From assembly GCA_963704655.1 (NCBI GenBank), contig OY969927.1, positions 672,001-736,000 on the forward strand: a DNA stretch of 64,000 nt, written 5' to 3'. Numbering within the stretch: the first letter of the stretch is position 1; each line of letters starts with the position of its first letter. Shown in pieces: positions 9,715 to 20,701 of the stretch. The DNA comes from an uncultured Candidatus Babeliaceae bacterium. GTDB taxonomy: Bacteria > Babelota > Babeliae > Babelales > Babelaceae. The position numbers and the translations under genes were made by a program. The notes beneath the pieces were generated by a model, which was not told the DNA's origin, made no database searches, and saw only the letters and a list, made by a program, of their open reading frames with translations.

Positions 9715-11595
9715 TTAAAAATAGACATCTAGACCAATGTGGAAGTCAACTTCTTGAGGGATATTTTTACCAGAAACGGTAGCCTCAAAACCTAAGAACG
9801 TTGTTATACATTCACCATGGAAGAATGTCTCTGTGCGGATTCTGTTTGCAACACGGTCAGTATCTGCTGTATACACACATGCGTTAAGCGGCTCAACATT
9901 GCCAGCCCAATCCATAGTAGAGCTCGTGCAAAGTGTAAGTTTATCACGGCTTTTAATATACGCTTCATAACCGAACATCACACCCATGCATTCACAACAA
10001 GGGTTAATAATGTTCACGTTTAGATCGATAATACCATATTGCCATGATGTTTTACCTGGCACGCATGGCCCGATATTTTTAACCGTTGCGCCCGCAAATG
10101 GTGCTGCAACATTATTACTTGCTGGAGTTACCCAGATATAATATGCATCAAAGTTGAATGCTAAGTAACGAAGCTTTTCAATGCCACCAGCGATACCAAG
10201 ACCAACTTCAGGGTGACCGTTGTTACCCGTTGGGAACTTGAGAATATTTAACGGGTTTTTAACTTTAACACCGGTAGGCGCAGTAACCCAGAGACGCCCT
10301 TCAAGATAGCCCCAATCTTTCCAATCATGGCCAAAGAAGAATTCAAAGTTAAGATCACCAAATCCGCTGGTTGTGCCATAGCATGGATTCAAACCAACTT
10401 GACTGACAAAATCAGCAATAGAATTACCATTTGAGCCTAGTGCTTCAAGCGCAGTGGTAATATTGGTAAAGATTGTCTGTGCCGCAGGAAGTAGCAATGC
10501 TTGGTTTGTATCACCAACGTCTCCAACATTAGGAACTACATAAAGCTTTGATGCTGCGGTATGATTTCCAGATAATGCAGCATAGGAAACATCACTTGCT
10601 ACACGACCACGTTCAAGATTACTTAACCCAGAACCGTCACCTAAAACAACGGTTGAACCATTAGATGGAACATCTGCCCAACGAACCGATGAAGGCAAGG
10701 TACTATTTGCACTTTCAATAAATGAAACGGATGGCGCATTTATTGTTGGGGTTCCGGCTTGGGTGATTCCACCAGACATATTTTGACTTGCAATCTGAAT
10801 ATCTGTTGCAGGATATACAACAAGCGGCACAGCATTTCCATTAACATTAAAACTGACACGATTAAGCACATCGAGTAAATCTAAACGCGCAGCGAAGGTA
10901 TTTTGTGTAGCAGCTAAATTTCCAACCTCAATAGACTCTTTGCGTTGTTGAAAGAGATTATCAAGATTTGATGCATTTTCTGATACAGCTGCATTAGTTA
11001 TAGGGTTGCCACATAATGGCTCAACTTTAATATCACGAAATGGCGCACGAATTCTCACACCCGTGTTCCACTGCTTCTCACAGCCAAAACGTCCACTGAA
11101 CGTTGCACCAAACCAAACACCCTGTTCGCGATAGTCAACATTAATAGTAACAGGAGTAAGAATAACAAACGGGTTAATATTTGAGCCATTGGGGATAAAT
11201 GCATTTGCAAATGCTTGTTCAAAAGTAAATGTTGATTGACCAAAATACAATGATGCAAGTGATTCTTTTTGAGTTGGCCCACAGCTTGTGCAGCATGCAT
11301 TAGGGATAGCTATTTGGCCTTTGGTCGTTGTAATAATAGTAGTAGCATTACCAGCAGAGCATATATTATTTTGGTTACAATCATTACCATATGCTTTATT
11401 GGCTGATCGCCAGTAAGCGCCGGTCCAGAAATGAGTATCTAAGTTCCAATCATTAAGGTCTTCACGATCACGATCAAGCGGATAGTGCATATACCCTTCA
11501 AACAAGCTTAACGGCGTACGTGTCTCTTGCCATGCTTGCATGGTGCCTGCTCCTGCAAGCACCAGACCTAACATCGATATAATTTGCTTATTCAT
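9715..11595 (-). CDS. Putative Cys-rich outer-membrane beta-barrel protein
   Basis: Signal peptide; amphipathic C-terminal strands ending HIGLDVYF; shares PxGNxGH motif with 30745..32292. Confidence 0.6.
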   Translation of the reverse strand: MNKQIISMLGLVLAGAGTMQAWQETRTPLSLFEGYMHYPLDRDREDLNDWNLDTHFWTGAYWRSANKAYGNDCNQNNICSAGNATTIITTTKGQIAIPNACCTSCGPTQKESLASLYFGQSTFTFEQAFANAFIPNGSNINPFVILTPVTINVDYREQGVWFGATFSGRFGCEKQWNTGVRIRAPFRDIKVEPLCGNPITNAAVSENASNLDNLFQQRKESIEVGNLAATQNTFAARLDLLDVLNRVSFNVNGNAVPLVVYPATDIQIASQNMSGGITQAGTPTINAPSVSFIESANSTLPSSVRWADVPSNGSTVVLGDGSGLSNLERGRVASDVSYAALSGNHTAASKLYVVPNVGDVGDTNQALLLPAAQTIFTNITTALEALGSNGNSIADFVSQVGLNPCYGTTSGFGDLNFEFFFGHDWKDWGYLEGRLWVTAPTGVKVKNPLNILKFPTGNNGHPEVGLGIAGGIEKLRYLAFNFDAYYIWVTPASNNVAAPFAGATVKNIGPCVPGKTSWQYGIIDLNVNIINPCCECMGVMFGYEAYIKSRDKLTLCTSSTMDWAGNVEPLNACVYTADTDRVANRIRTETFFHGECITTFLGFEATVSGKNIPQEVDFHIGLDVYF

Positions 11596-11611
11596 ATTCT
11601 ATTCCTTTTAA

Positions 11612-14600
11612 TTATTGTTGTGGGTTTATTTGTGATAATGCAGGCGCATTCGGAGCTGCAGGATCAACATCAATTCCAACGGCACCAATCGTCAAAGAAT
11701 TACTAGGATTTACATAGGTACCATTTAACCCTTGAATATTTCCAGCAAGTTGTCTTTGTATAGTATTTATGCCGCCTATATTATATACAAAGCCAATTGT
11801 TGACTCACCAAGTGCATTTTTGAAAATAGTTGCAATTTTAGTCTCTTGCGTATTGAATTCGCTCATAGTTAGATAATTAAATAATGCAATACCAGTACCA
11901 TTAGCTATAGGCGTCAATGCCTGTTTTGGGGTATCTTCAAGCGCAGCTTTTGATGCCATAATTCCCGCAGTAACACCTGGGACTGTTACACCAGCGACAT
12001 TCAGGACAATCGGGTTTACCACATTAGTGCCGGTAACAGATGCATCAAGCAATACCATGTTGCCACCGCCCAGAACATCTGCATTAACTGGATCATAGTT
12101 AAAAGTATAACCAGAACCAACACCTGTGTTAATTGGTGCAATTGCAAAAAGACCTGCAAGATTGTTATCACCAGAATAGGTTTGATTATTCTGGAAGGTG
12201 CCTTCAGGGATACTCAATGTGATAGAATTAACATTATATAATCCACCAATAGTCCAAGTATTTGGAGCCGTAGTCGCTGCAGTGCCTGAATTAGGTTTAT
12301 TTACTATCCCAGCGCCAAAGCCTAAAAATCCTTGACTATTAAGATCGAGCAACGCGCCAACGCCGGTAAGAATCAACGTAAAGTCGATTGATGGATTTGC
12401 TTCATTCTGGAACACGTTACCAATCTGGAATGCTCCGCCATATTCAGCAGTTGAACCGATTGAAAATTGTGCATTGTCTGTTAATGCCCACGATTGATTG
12501 GTATACGCGCTATAGTAATTAGTGTACCCATTTCCAACGCTTTCAATACCAACCATCGCCCCACGCGGGATATTAAATTGTGCATTTTCTTTGAAGGTCA
12601 CACGACCAGAACCGATAAAGCTTACACGGGTACCATCAGTTGCTTCGACTGTTGTACCAGTTGTAAGAAGGTTTACTGATGTATCCGGCTCACAGTAACA
12701 TTGTGAGTCGCCTTCAAAAATCAAGGTGCCACCACCAAGAAGCACTTGTGCGCCCGGTTCAAGAACCATGTTCACTTGCCCAGAGATAACGAGTACTTGC
12801 ATCGTTGAAGTAAACTGCGTTAAATCCAAGACACCGTCTGACTTAATACGCAACTCAGTTGGAACCACAGAGTCAATCAAGAGTCTGTTACCAACTACAG
12901 GCGTTGCACCAAATAGCGTACCCGTAACAATATGACAGTAGTTATTAATAAGTGTATTCACATTAAGGCGAACAGTTGCATCACCATTTGGTAACAATGT
13001 AAGACCGTTAATGCCAAGTACTACCGAAGCATTAAGAGAATCTTGATTTCTTGATGCGGTGCCAAGGCCAACAAGCGCATTATTTTGTAATACCAGAACA
13101 CCCACAGGCGCAGTAGCTGAAGCAGTTCCTGGCAAGAAGACAAACTCACGTACAATGCCGTTATATGTTCCATCTATTAAAAGATGAACTTGATCACCAA
13201 GGCGTGAATTTAAAACTTGCAGTTGTTCAACAGAACCATAAATTGTCGGCAAGCCATTTAAATTTGCTGCAGTTACGGGATATAACGTTGCAGGAACAAA
13301 CGGCACGGTTGTCGGTTCATACGGCACAAAGAGCGCTTGACTATAGGTACTACAATAGTCTTTCATTAAATTTTGCCAATCAATAGTGTAATCAGAATAG
13401 GTAATATACTCTGGAACAATCACTAATTCTGATGGATCATTTAAGTTTAATTGCCATTGTGCTATGCCCACACGTGGATCAAAAAATACTTGGTTACTTG
13501 GTAAATTAACATTACCATTTGATGATTTTGTAACCATCATGCCAAAGTTTGCACGGTATTGGCCAACATCAACAACACCATTATAATCAACAAACATGCC
13601 ACCTTGGCCAGTTGTGCCACTCGTTTCTGGGCTATTTAAATCACCACCTTGTGTTGAGAATGAAAAGAACTCACCATTGATAAAAAATGAAGGTAATGAT
13701 GCTCCACCAAAACTAGCATCTTGCGAACCAATAGAGATATTGCTTGCATGAGCCAAGTAAATAGTATTAACACCTAATTGACCATTGATATTGCCAGAAA
13801 TATTTGGCGTTATTTTGTAGTTGTTATATGAAACGCTCACAATTAAATCTATTACTGGGTTTTCGCCGCTATTTGTTTGAATAACATCAAGCTGACCATT
13901 ACGATTAACAATTGTTACCCAATCCGATGCTTCTGAGCCGACCTCTGTTCCAATAATCAAGCTTCTGCCTGTTCCGTTATCAATACATCTGCCATTGCCA
14001 TAGAAAACAAATTGAGTTGTATTAGCATCAAATGGCAACGTGATATTGCTGTCGTTCACCACTTGTAAACTCAATCCGGTTACTGCAGCGCTGGTGTGTA
14101 AGTCAAAGAATGAATTATAAAATTGAATTGCAGGGACCACTAACGAATTTGCACATGGGCAAAGTGGATTAGTTGGTAAACAGATATTTAATCTATCTCC
14201 ACCTATATATGATGCAGAAGATTCTCCAGCAACGTTGTCTTCATAAATCGGGTGAATCTCATCAGTATGCTGCAAATGCATTTGGCTCAATTGCATTTTG
14301 TTATTGATAAAGAAGCAGCCACTGCCATACTGTAAATAATTACCGTTTGCATCTTGCGCAAAAGTACGCAATGGGAATGTTGTATCAGTTTGGTTAATTA
14401 ATACTGAACCGCCTGTTGGAGCAACCTGCCATGAAAGTATCTGGAATGCTGTTGCAAGAGTAACATCATCTGGCGTCGAATTACCATTCACTACTAATGG
14501 CCCTTCAACATCAAGCAAGATAGTGCCTTCATTTGAAAAGTTATTTGCAGGGTTAATGGTGAATGAGATGGTACTGTCTGCACCAAACTCACATGAATTC

Positions 14601-15826
14601 CCTTGACAGTCTACGCCGGATCTGAAATAAATCGCCGAATTACCATACATATTAATTTGTGCTGGATCTGAATTATCCGGATTGCCATCAATAATCATAG
14701 CAGCTGGGTTACGGTCTTTAATTATCCGATTAGTGAAGCGCTGACACGGCACATTAAGAACATCGTTAGGGATGCTTGGTGTTAACGTTACGTTTGTTAT
14801 GGTAACAACATAATCGATATACGTTCCAGCATTAACAGTTAAATTAGAACCTGCACCTAAGACAAAACCTTTTTTAATCACCGTTGTTGACGTTGGAGCC
14901 AATTCACAAAATGGATTAGCCGTTAAACCAGACCATTTTGAATTATTATTAACAATAAGTGTTCCTGCAAAACCGCCCGGCACATTATTTGCAACAAATT
15001 CAATAGTTGGTGAACCATTTGCAGCATTTTCATTAGCAAGATTAAAGGCAATATTTTGCAGTGTTACAGGAAAACCTGTCATCAGTTGAGCAACATCATT
15101 AACTACAGCGCCACCGTTATCAATTTGTAAGATAAAACGGCCTGTGCTTGCTGGATCTATTGAAGCATCAAAGTTAATAGTCCCTGTTTGGCCAAACGCA
15201 TTACCAAGGAAACTGATTGCAGAATTATAACCCACTTCAACAGTAGCGTTTTCTGTTAATGTTGATGTAGCGGGTTGGAAATTAACGGTTGGGCTGCCAC
15301 CTACCATATCAACCAAGAATATAACCCCGCTATTTGCGGTACTTGATGCAACCATGCTTGTTTGACTACATGTTGACCCTGATGCATTTAACGTATTTGC
15401 CAATGCAAAACTTAATGTCTCACCACCAGAAATATTAAAATTCAATGTCCCGCCACCACTTACTGTTATTAAAAAATTTTGCCCATAACTTCCGCTAAAA
15501 AGTAAATCATAAGCCACGTATACATCTGTTACACTATCTGTAGAGACATAGAAATAAAGCTCCTGACTTGAAGAAACAATAGCATCAGCGCTCATGGTAA
15601 CATTAGCTGGAGTCGGACTACCAGTATTATTAATAATGCTTATAGGCGTTAACAAGTAGTTAATTCCCGCTATATCTAAGCCACTAGATGGAGTAATATT
15701 TACATTTCCAGACTGATTACCACCATGCCAATTCATTGCCTCAATATGCACCTGTGTGCACGTAAGCAGCATAAATGCTGCCAGCATAGCATAATATTTG
15801 AATAACATTTTCTCTATCATACTCAT
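11612..15826 (-). CDS. Giant (1404 aa) secreted N/T/G/S-rich beta-helix/adhesin-like protein
   Basis: Signal peptide; beta-strand-like, low-Lys composition; 16 bp upstream of the barrel gene. Confidence 0.6.
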   Translation of the reverse strand: MSMIEKMLFKYYAMLAAFMLLTCTQVHIEAMNWHGGNQSGNVNITPSSGLDIAGINYLLTPISIINNTGSPTPANVTMSADAIVSSSQELYFYVSTDSVTDVYVAYDLLFSGSYGQNFLITVSGGGTLNFNISGGETLSFALANTLNASGSTCSQTSMVASSTANSGVIFLVDMVGGSPTVNFQPATSTLTENATVEVGYNSAISFLGNAFGQTGTINFDASIDPASTGRFILQIDNGGAVVNDVAQLMTGFPVTLQNIAFNLANENAANGSPTIEFVANNVPGGFAGTLIVNNNSKWSGLTANPFCELAPTSTTVIKKGFVLGAGSNLTVNAGTYIDYVVTITNVTLTPSIPNDVLNVPCQRFTNRIIKDRNPAAMIIDGNPDNSDPAQINMYGNSAIYFRSGVDCQGNSCEFGADSTISFTINPANNFSNEGTILLDVEGPLVVNGNSTPDDVTLATAFQILSWQVAPTGGSVLINQTDTTFPLRTFAQDANGNYLQYGSGCFFINNKMQLSQMHLQHTDEIHPIYEDNVAGESSASYIGGDRLNICLPTNPLCPCANSLVVPAIQFYNSFFDLHTSAAVTGLSLQVVNDSNITLPFDANTTQFVFYGNGRCIDNGTGRSLIIGTEVGSEASDWVTIVNRNGQLDVIQTNSGENPVIDLIVSVSYNNYKITPNISGNINGQLGVNTIYLAHASNISIGSQDASFGGASLPSFFINGEFFSFSTQGGDLNSPETSGTTGQGGMFVDYNGVVDVGQYRANFGMMVTKSSNGNVNLPSNQVFFDPRVGIAQWQLNLNDPSELVIVPEYITYSDYTIDWQNLMKDYCSTYSQALFVPYEPTTVPFVPATLYPVTAANLNGLPTIYGSVEQLQVLNSRLGDQVHLLIDGTYNGIVREFVFLPGTASATAPVGVLVLQNNALVGLGTASRNQDSLNASVVLGINGLTLLPNGDATVRLNVNTLINNYCHIVTGTLFGATPVVGNRLLIDSVVPTELRIKSDGVLDLTQFTSTMQVLVISGQVNMVLEPGAQVLLGGGTLIFEGDSQCYCEPDTSVNLLTTGTTVEATDGTRVSFIGSGRVTFKENAQFNIPRGAMVGIESVGNGYTNYYSAYTNQSWALTDNAQFSIGSTAEYGGAFQIGNVFQNEANPSIDFTLILTGVGALLDLNSQGFLGFGAGIVNKPNSGTAATTAPNTWTIGGLYNVNSITLSIPEGTFQNNQTYSGDNNLAGLFAIAPINTGVGSGYTFNYDPVNADVLGGGNMVLLDASVTGTNVVNPIVLNVAGVTVPGVTAGIMASKAALEDTPKQALTPIANGTGIALFNYLTMSEFNTQETKIATIFKNALGESTIGFVYNIGGINTIQRQLAGNIQGLNGTYVNPSNSLTIGAVGIDVDPAAPNAPALSQINPQQ

Positions 15827-15909
15827 CCTTTTTTGAAAAAAATAATGCTTTTACTCAGAAACTGAGTATGATAGAGAGCTTTCAATCGTGTCAATAAAAA
15901 TAGATTTTT

Positions 15910-16980
15910 CTAAGATTTAATAAGTGCCCAAATCTTGATCAGATCAATCTGATCGATCTGTTTTTTAAAAAATAATAAGTGGGAAAATTCTTGAGCGCCC
16001 ATGCCTGCCAAATCTTTTTGCTGAGAATTGTCCGCAAGCAGTTTCAAAGCAGAGAGTGTACCAGGAAACAGCGCAAATTGTTCACAATGAGAAAGTACAT
16101 TTTCTGGCTGATACAAGAAATTAAGCAACTGGTATACCAACTGCTCATGCTGTGTAGCAACAGAAAGTGCACAATTTTCAATCGTTACAAATGTTTTTTG
16201 CGGAACAAGAAAAGTAATATGCGGAAACTGTTTTTGAGCACGTAAAATATATGAACTTGATGAAACAACCGCAGCACAGTTTCGTGTTGCAAGGAAATAA
16301 TCTGCACGGAAATCAACATACGCTTTAACAAACTTTTTTTGCTTACGCAGGAGCTGCTCAACTATAATAAGCTGCTCAGCATTAAGTCTTTCAGCATTAC
16401 CAAATAAATAGAGTGACGCGAGCATAACCATCTCAATAGGATCATTAACCATGGTAATGGTATACGCATGAAGGGGGTTATCAAATATGAGCTTCCATGG
16501 ATCACGCACCTGTTCATGAGTAAAAACAGAAGCGTCAATGCCGACACCAAAAAGTTCCCACAACCAAGGTATTGAATATTCGTTACCAGGGTCAAAACTA
16601 TGGCCAAGCAATACAGGGTTAAGGTCATGAAAAAAAGTTAATTGTGACCTATCAATTTTTTTAAGTAAATTCTGCTCACGCAAAAGTTGAACAGCATAAT
16701 CAGAAGGCACAATAAGATCAAATCCCTTACCCCCTGTTTTTTTCAATTTAACTAAGAGCTCTTCATTTGAAGAATAGTAACTGAGATTAATCTTAATACC
16801 ACTTTTTTTCTGAAACTCCGCAAGCAAAGCCGGATCAAAAATATCACCCCATGCTGCAATAGTAATACTCTTTTGCGGTCTAAAAAATTCATAAAGCTGC
16901 GTAGTATAAAGCAGGCTCATAAAAACAATAACCCACACTAGCGCAATGGCCCCACGAATAAAAAATTTTACGAGATTCAT
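15910..16980 (-). CDS. potD: Spermidine/putrescine ABC transporter substrate-binding protein
   Basis: SSNEELLVKL, FDLIVPSDY, FDPGNEYSIPW; operon context. Confidence 0.88.
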   Translation of the reverse strand: MNLVKFFIRGAIALVWVIVFMSLLYTTQLYEFFRPQKSITIAAWGDIFDPALLAEFQKKSGIKINLSYYSSNEELLVKLKKTGGKGFDLIVPSDYAVQLLREQNLLKKIDRSQLTFFHDLNPVLLGHSFDPGNEYSIPWLWELFGVGIDASVFTHEQVRDPWKLIFDNPLHAYTITMVNDPIEMVMLASLYLFGNAERLNAEQLIIVEQLLRKQKKFVKAYVDFRADYFLATRNCAAVVSSSSYILRAQKQFPHITFLVPQKTFVTIENCALSVATQHEQLVYQLLNFLYQPENVLSHCEQFALFPGTLSALKLLADNSQQKDLAGMGAQEFSHLLFFKKQIDQIDLIKIWALIKS

Positions 16981-16983
16981 ACA

Positions 16984-17784
16984 CTAGCCTTCGGAACTCT
17001 CTGAAAATGACGTCCAACAAAAAAGTAATACTAATAAACTACTTAAGATAAAAAGCAACGTTGATAATGCATTCATCATGGGTGAAATACCAGTACGCAA
17101 CATAGAAAGAAGATATAATGAAAGTGTTTGCACAGAAGTGCCCGCACAGAAATATGATAATACAAAATCATCAAACGAAATAATAAATATCAAAAGCGCT
17201 GCCGCTATAATCGTTGAACGAAGCAGCGGCACAATAATAGAAAAAAATGTTTGATGTACCGTCGCACCTAAATCAAGAGACGCTTCAACAAGCCGTATAT
17301 CAAGTTCATCAAATCTACCATGTATTAATGGCACTGCAAAGCCAAGCCCCAAAACCGTATGTGCGACTATTAAGGTAACAATACCTAACGGCACACCGCA
17401 TAAAACAAAAAAGGTGAGTAACCCCACACCAAGAACCACTTCTGGAACAATAAGATTAATATAAAAAAGTGAAAAGAGAGACTCGAGCTTAGATGATCTG
17501 CGCCTGAACATACGCAAATACACTAACGCGAGCGAAAGAAGAATACTTATACCCGTTGCGCAAAAAGCAATAATAAATGAATTCAAAAAGGCATACCAAA
17601 CATATGGCGTATTAAAAAGCTCGTGGTACCATGCAAACGTAAATGAAGTCCATGGCGATGGAAATGCAGCGCTATTAAAAGAAAATGCAATAAGAACCAC
17701 AATTGGAATATAGAAAAAGAGATATACCGCAGCTACTGCTGATGCAACAAATAGTTTTTTAAAGAAATTTTGTAACCCGATCAT
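16984..17784 (-). CDS. potC: Spermidine/putrescine ABC permease
   Basis: YIPIVVLIAFSFN, EASLDLGA, SFDDF; start overlaps the potB stop. Confidence 0.92.
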   Translation of the reverse strand: MIGLQNFFKKLFVASAVAAVYLFFYIPIVVLIAFSFNSAAFPSPWTSFTFAWYHELFNTPYVWYAFLNSFIIAFCATGISILLSLALVYLRMFRRRSSKLESLFSLFYINLIVPEVVLGVGLLTFFVLCGVPLGIVTLIVAHTVLGLGFAVPLIHGRFDELDIRLVEASLDLGATVHQTFFSIIVPLLRSTIIAAALLIFIISFDDFVLSYFCAGTSVQTLSLYLLSMLRTGISPMMNALSTLLFILSSLLVLLFCWTSFSESSEG

Positions 17785-18617
17785 ACGCGTACCTTTATTG
17801 ACCGAGAAAGTACCATATACATAACAACACTTGCCGCTATTAACACACATGAGCTCATAAAGGTAAACGCAGCACCATATGATGCTGTCTCTGCACCAAG
17901 CACGCAATAAGATACCAGTGAACCCACGCATAAAAACTTATCACCACCCATCAATTCTGGAATAGCAAACTCGCCAAATGATGGCACAAAGACAAGAAAG
18001 AAACCTGAAATAATACCAGGCATAGTTGCAGGAATAAGCACATACCAAATAGTCTGTAGCCAACTTGCACCCAAATCCAGTGAAGCCTCAAAAAAACGGT
18101 TATCAAATTTTTCAAATTGTGTATACAAAGGCAAAATCATAAAGGGCATGTAGTAATATACCATCATGATCATAACGGCAAACCAAGAGTTCAAAAGATC
18201 TAATGGCTGTGAAATAATACCCACTTTAAGAAGTACAGTATTAAGAAAACCATTTTTTTCTAAGACAAAAAACCAAGCATAAATATGCAGTAAAAAGTTT
18301 GTCCAAAAGGGAACAATGAGTAAAAATAGCCCAGGGATACGTAAACGCCCCGCTTTGAATGCTAGAAAATAGGTTAATGGGTAGGCAATGCATAAACAGA
18401 TAACACTGTTTGAAAGGGCCATCACCAACGAACGTACAATCACGGCGCCATAAACCGGTTCAAAAAATGGCCTGAAATATTCAAATGGTTTACCCATAAA
18501 GGCAAGCCCGATAATACAGATAAGTGGCACAACAAAAAAGAGTACCTGCCATACCAATGCCGGCATACCCACGATAAAGGGAAACTCTTTACGGACATTA
18601 TTGAACCAATTTGCCAT
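17781..18617 (-). CDS. potB: Spermidine/putrescine ABC permease
   Basis: IAYPLTY, VPFWTN, PFMILPLY, EASLDLGA. Confidence 0.92.
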   Translation of the reverse strand: MANWFNNVRKEFPFIVGMPALVWQVLFFVVPLICIIGLAFMGKPFEYFRPFFEPVYGAVIVRSLVMALSNSVICLCIAYPLTYFLAFKAGRLRIPGLFLLIVPFWTNFLLHIYAWFFVLEKNGFLNTVLLKVGIISQPLDLLNSWFAVMIMMVYYYMPFMILPLYTQFEKFDNRFFEASLDLGASWLQTIWYVLIPATMPGIISGFFLVFVPSFGEFAIPELMGGDKFLCVGSLVSYCVLGAETASYGAAFTFMSSCVLIAASVVMYMVLSRSIKVRV

Positions 18618-18644
18618 TATTATCTTTCAACAATTATTACCCCA

Positions 18645-18673
18645 CCGCTCACCCTGAGCGTAGTCGAAGGGTT
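18645..18673 (+). repeat. REP-like repeat, family A, between two copies of the potA 3' end
   Basis: ccgctcaccctgagcgtagtcgaagggtt. Confidence 0.8.
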
Positions 18674-19765
18674 TTATCTTTCAACAATCACTACGTTTTC
18701 TTTTTGCCAATAGAGATATAACTCATTGTCATAATCAATAACCTGCTGAGGAAAATGCTCTTCATTCTGTTCAAAAACCTGTACCAACTGTTGGTTTTCC
18801 AAACGAATATTATATTGCGTTGATCTACCATGATAGACAATCGCTTCAACAATTCCTTTAAGACGGGAAGAAAAACCGTCAATCTCTTTTTTTGTAATAA
18901 AAAATTTTTCTGGACGAATACTCATCACAATAGCTTTACCAGGAACCATCCACTCTTTTTTACGCGGTATAAAAATTGGAAAGGTTCCTAATTGTGGAAT
19001 ATCAATATGTGGTTGCCCTTCAAACTCTTGGTAGGTGCCACCAAAAATATTCGTGTTCCCCACAAATTGTGCCACAAATGAAGATTGTGGAAATTCATAA
19101 ATCTCTTTTGGCGTACCAATCTGTTCAACCAAACCACCATTACTCATAATAGCCATTTGGTCCGCTACGGTTAGCGCTTCAGAAGGATCATGCGTAACAT
19201 AAATAAAGGTTGTCTTAAGTTTATCTTGCAGCTCAATAAGCTCGATAAGCACTTTTTCGCGCAAGCGGATATCAAGCGCCGCCAATGGTTCATCAAGCAA
19301 TAACACTTCAGGTTCATTAATAATGGCACGTGCAAGCGCTACACGCTGCTGCTGGCCACCAGATAATGTTTTAATATGCTTATGAACATGTGCTTCTAGA
19401 TGCACCGAACGTAATACTTTAATCACTCGCTCATTAATCTCATCTTTATGAACACCCTTTACGACAAGGCCATATGCAACATTTTCAAAAACGGTCATAT
19501 GAGGGAATAGCGCATAGTTTTGAAAAACCGTGTTAACCCGTCTTTGATTAATGGGCTTATGGGTAATATTTTCATCTCCCAAAAAAATAGCCCCGCTATC
19601 AACGGTTTCAAAACCGGCGATAAGACGCAAAATAGTTGTCTTTCCACAACCACTTGGCCCTAAAAGAGCAAAAAACTTCCCTTCAGGGATAGTTAGATTA
19701 AGGTTCTCAAGGATAATGTCACCTTGATAACTTTTGGTAATATTTTTTAATTGAATGCTTCTCAT
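18674..19765 (-). CDS. potA: Spermidine/putrescine ABC ATPase
   Basis: GPSGCGKTT, VFQNYALFPHM, LSGGQQQR, LLLDEP; TOBE-like C-terminus. Confidence 0.95.
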   Translation of the reverse strand: MRSIQLKNITKSYQGDIILENLNLTIPEGKFFALLGPSGCGKTTILRLIAGFETVDSGAIFLGDENITHKPINQRRVNTVFQNYALFPHMTVFENVAYGLVVKGVHKDEINERVIKVLRSVHLEAHVHKHIKTLSGGQQQRVALARAIINEPEVLLLDEPLAALDIRLREKVLIELIELQDKLKTTFIYVTHDPSEALTVADQMAIMSNGGLVEQIGTPKEIYEFPQSSFVAQFVGNTNIFGGTYQEFEGQPHIDIPQLGTFPIFIPRKKEWMVPGKAIVMSIRPEKFFITKKEIDGFSSRLKGIVEAIVYHGRSTQYNIRLENQQLVQVFEQNEEHFPQQVIDYDNELYLYWQKENVVIVER

Positions 19766-20478
19766 GAACGTTTAGCCTTGCGTCGAGCAAAATACATCGG
19801 TACCACAATATCTGATAGTGTACAAGGAATTACCACGGCAACCAATAAAAAGATAAGTAATATCCCCATCATATTGTGCCAATAGGTAAAACCGTAAGAA
19901 ACCATGTAAAAAAGCGCCGCAAGTGAACTGATGAGAATATGAATAAAATGAGATGCTAATGAGATAAAGCCTAAACTGCTTTCACCATGAGATCTTATCA
20001 TCCAACCATTTAATAACCCAACAAACATAAAAGGCAAGAGATTAATTAAATCGGGAAGATTCGTAAAACAGACGTGCACCGGCATACTTACGCCAAGCAA
20101 ATTCCCAGCCAGCGCTGGCAGGGCAACGTCAGAAAGCGTACAAAAGATTGCCGGAGCTATAAGAGAAACTAAAATGCCCCCAATAACGTTCTTTGAAAAA
20201 CGAAAGAACATAATGCAGGTGCCCGTAACAGCAAAAATTAAGTGCAAATAATGGAATGAATGAAACAAGATATGATACGACTGTGCCAATTCACGACTAT
20301 TATGATAACCAGTGCCGGTCAAAAGATGCAATAAACTTAAAACGGTAAAACCCAGCGCAAGCGAAAAAGCAGCGTAGGGAAAATGGCACATTAATTCTTG
20401 ACGCAATGAGCCGATATGGCCATCATGCGTGTGTTTTGAATGATCGTGATGCCCGCTATGATCATGTAAATTGCTCAT
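19762..20478 (-). CDS. Multi-pass membrane protein with His-rich N-terminus
   Basis: HDHSGHHDHSKHTHDGH followed by about 6 TM helices; stop overlaps the potA start. Confidence 0.7.
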   Translation of the reverse strand: MSNLHDHSGHHDHSKHTHDGHIGSLRQELMCHFPYAAFSLALGFTVLSLLHLLTGTGYHNSRELAQSYHILFHSFHYLHLIFAVTGTCIMFFRFSKNVIGGILVSLIAPAIFCTLSDVALPALAGNLLGVSMPVHVCFTNLPDLINLLPFMFVGLLNGWMIRSHGESSLGFISLASHFIHILISSLAALFYMVSYGFTYWHNMMGILLIFLLVAVVIPCTLSDIVVPMYFARRKAKRS

Positions 20479-20701
20479 ACGTATCCTTTTATTGATGCGC
20501 AAAGGCGCATTTTTTTTAAATTAAAAAAAGAGATTTCATGTAGGGTTTAATTATACGCCAAGATAATCCAAATTGCAAAATACACCCCTAAATTTAGTCA
20601 ATTAATAATTTTACAATATTTTAACAACCCTATCTTAATGAGCTAAAAATATTATAACATAATAGTAAATATTTTTAATACTGGTAATAAGAAAGGGACC
20701 T

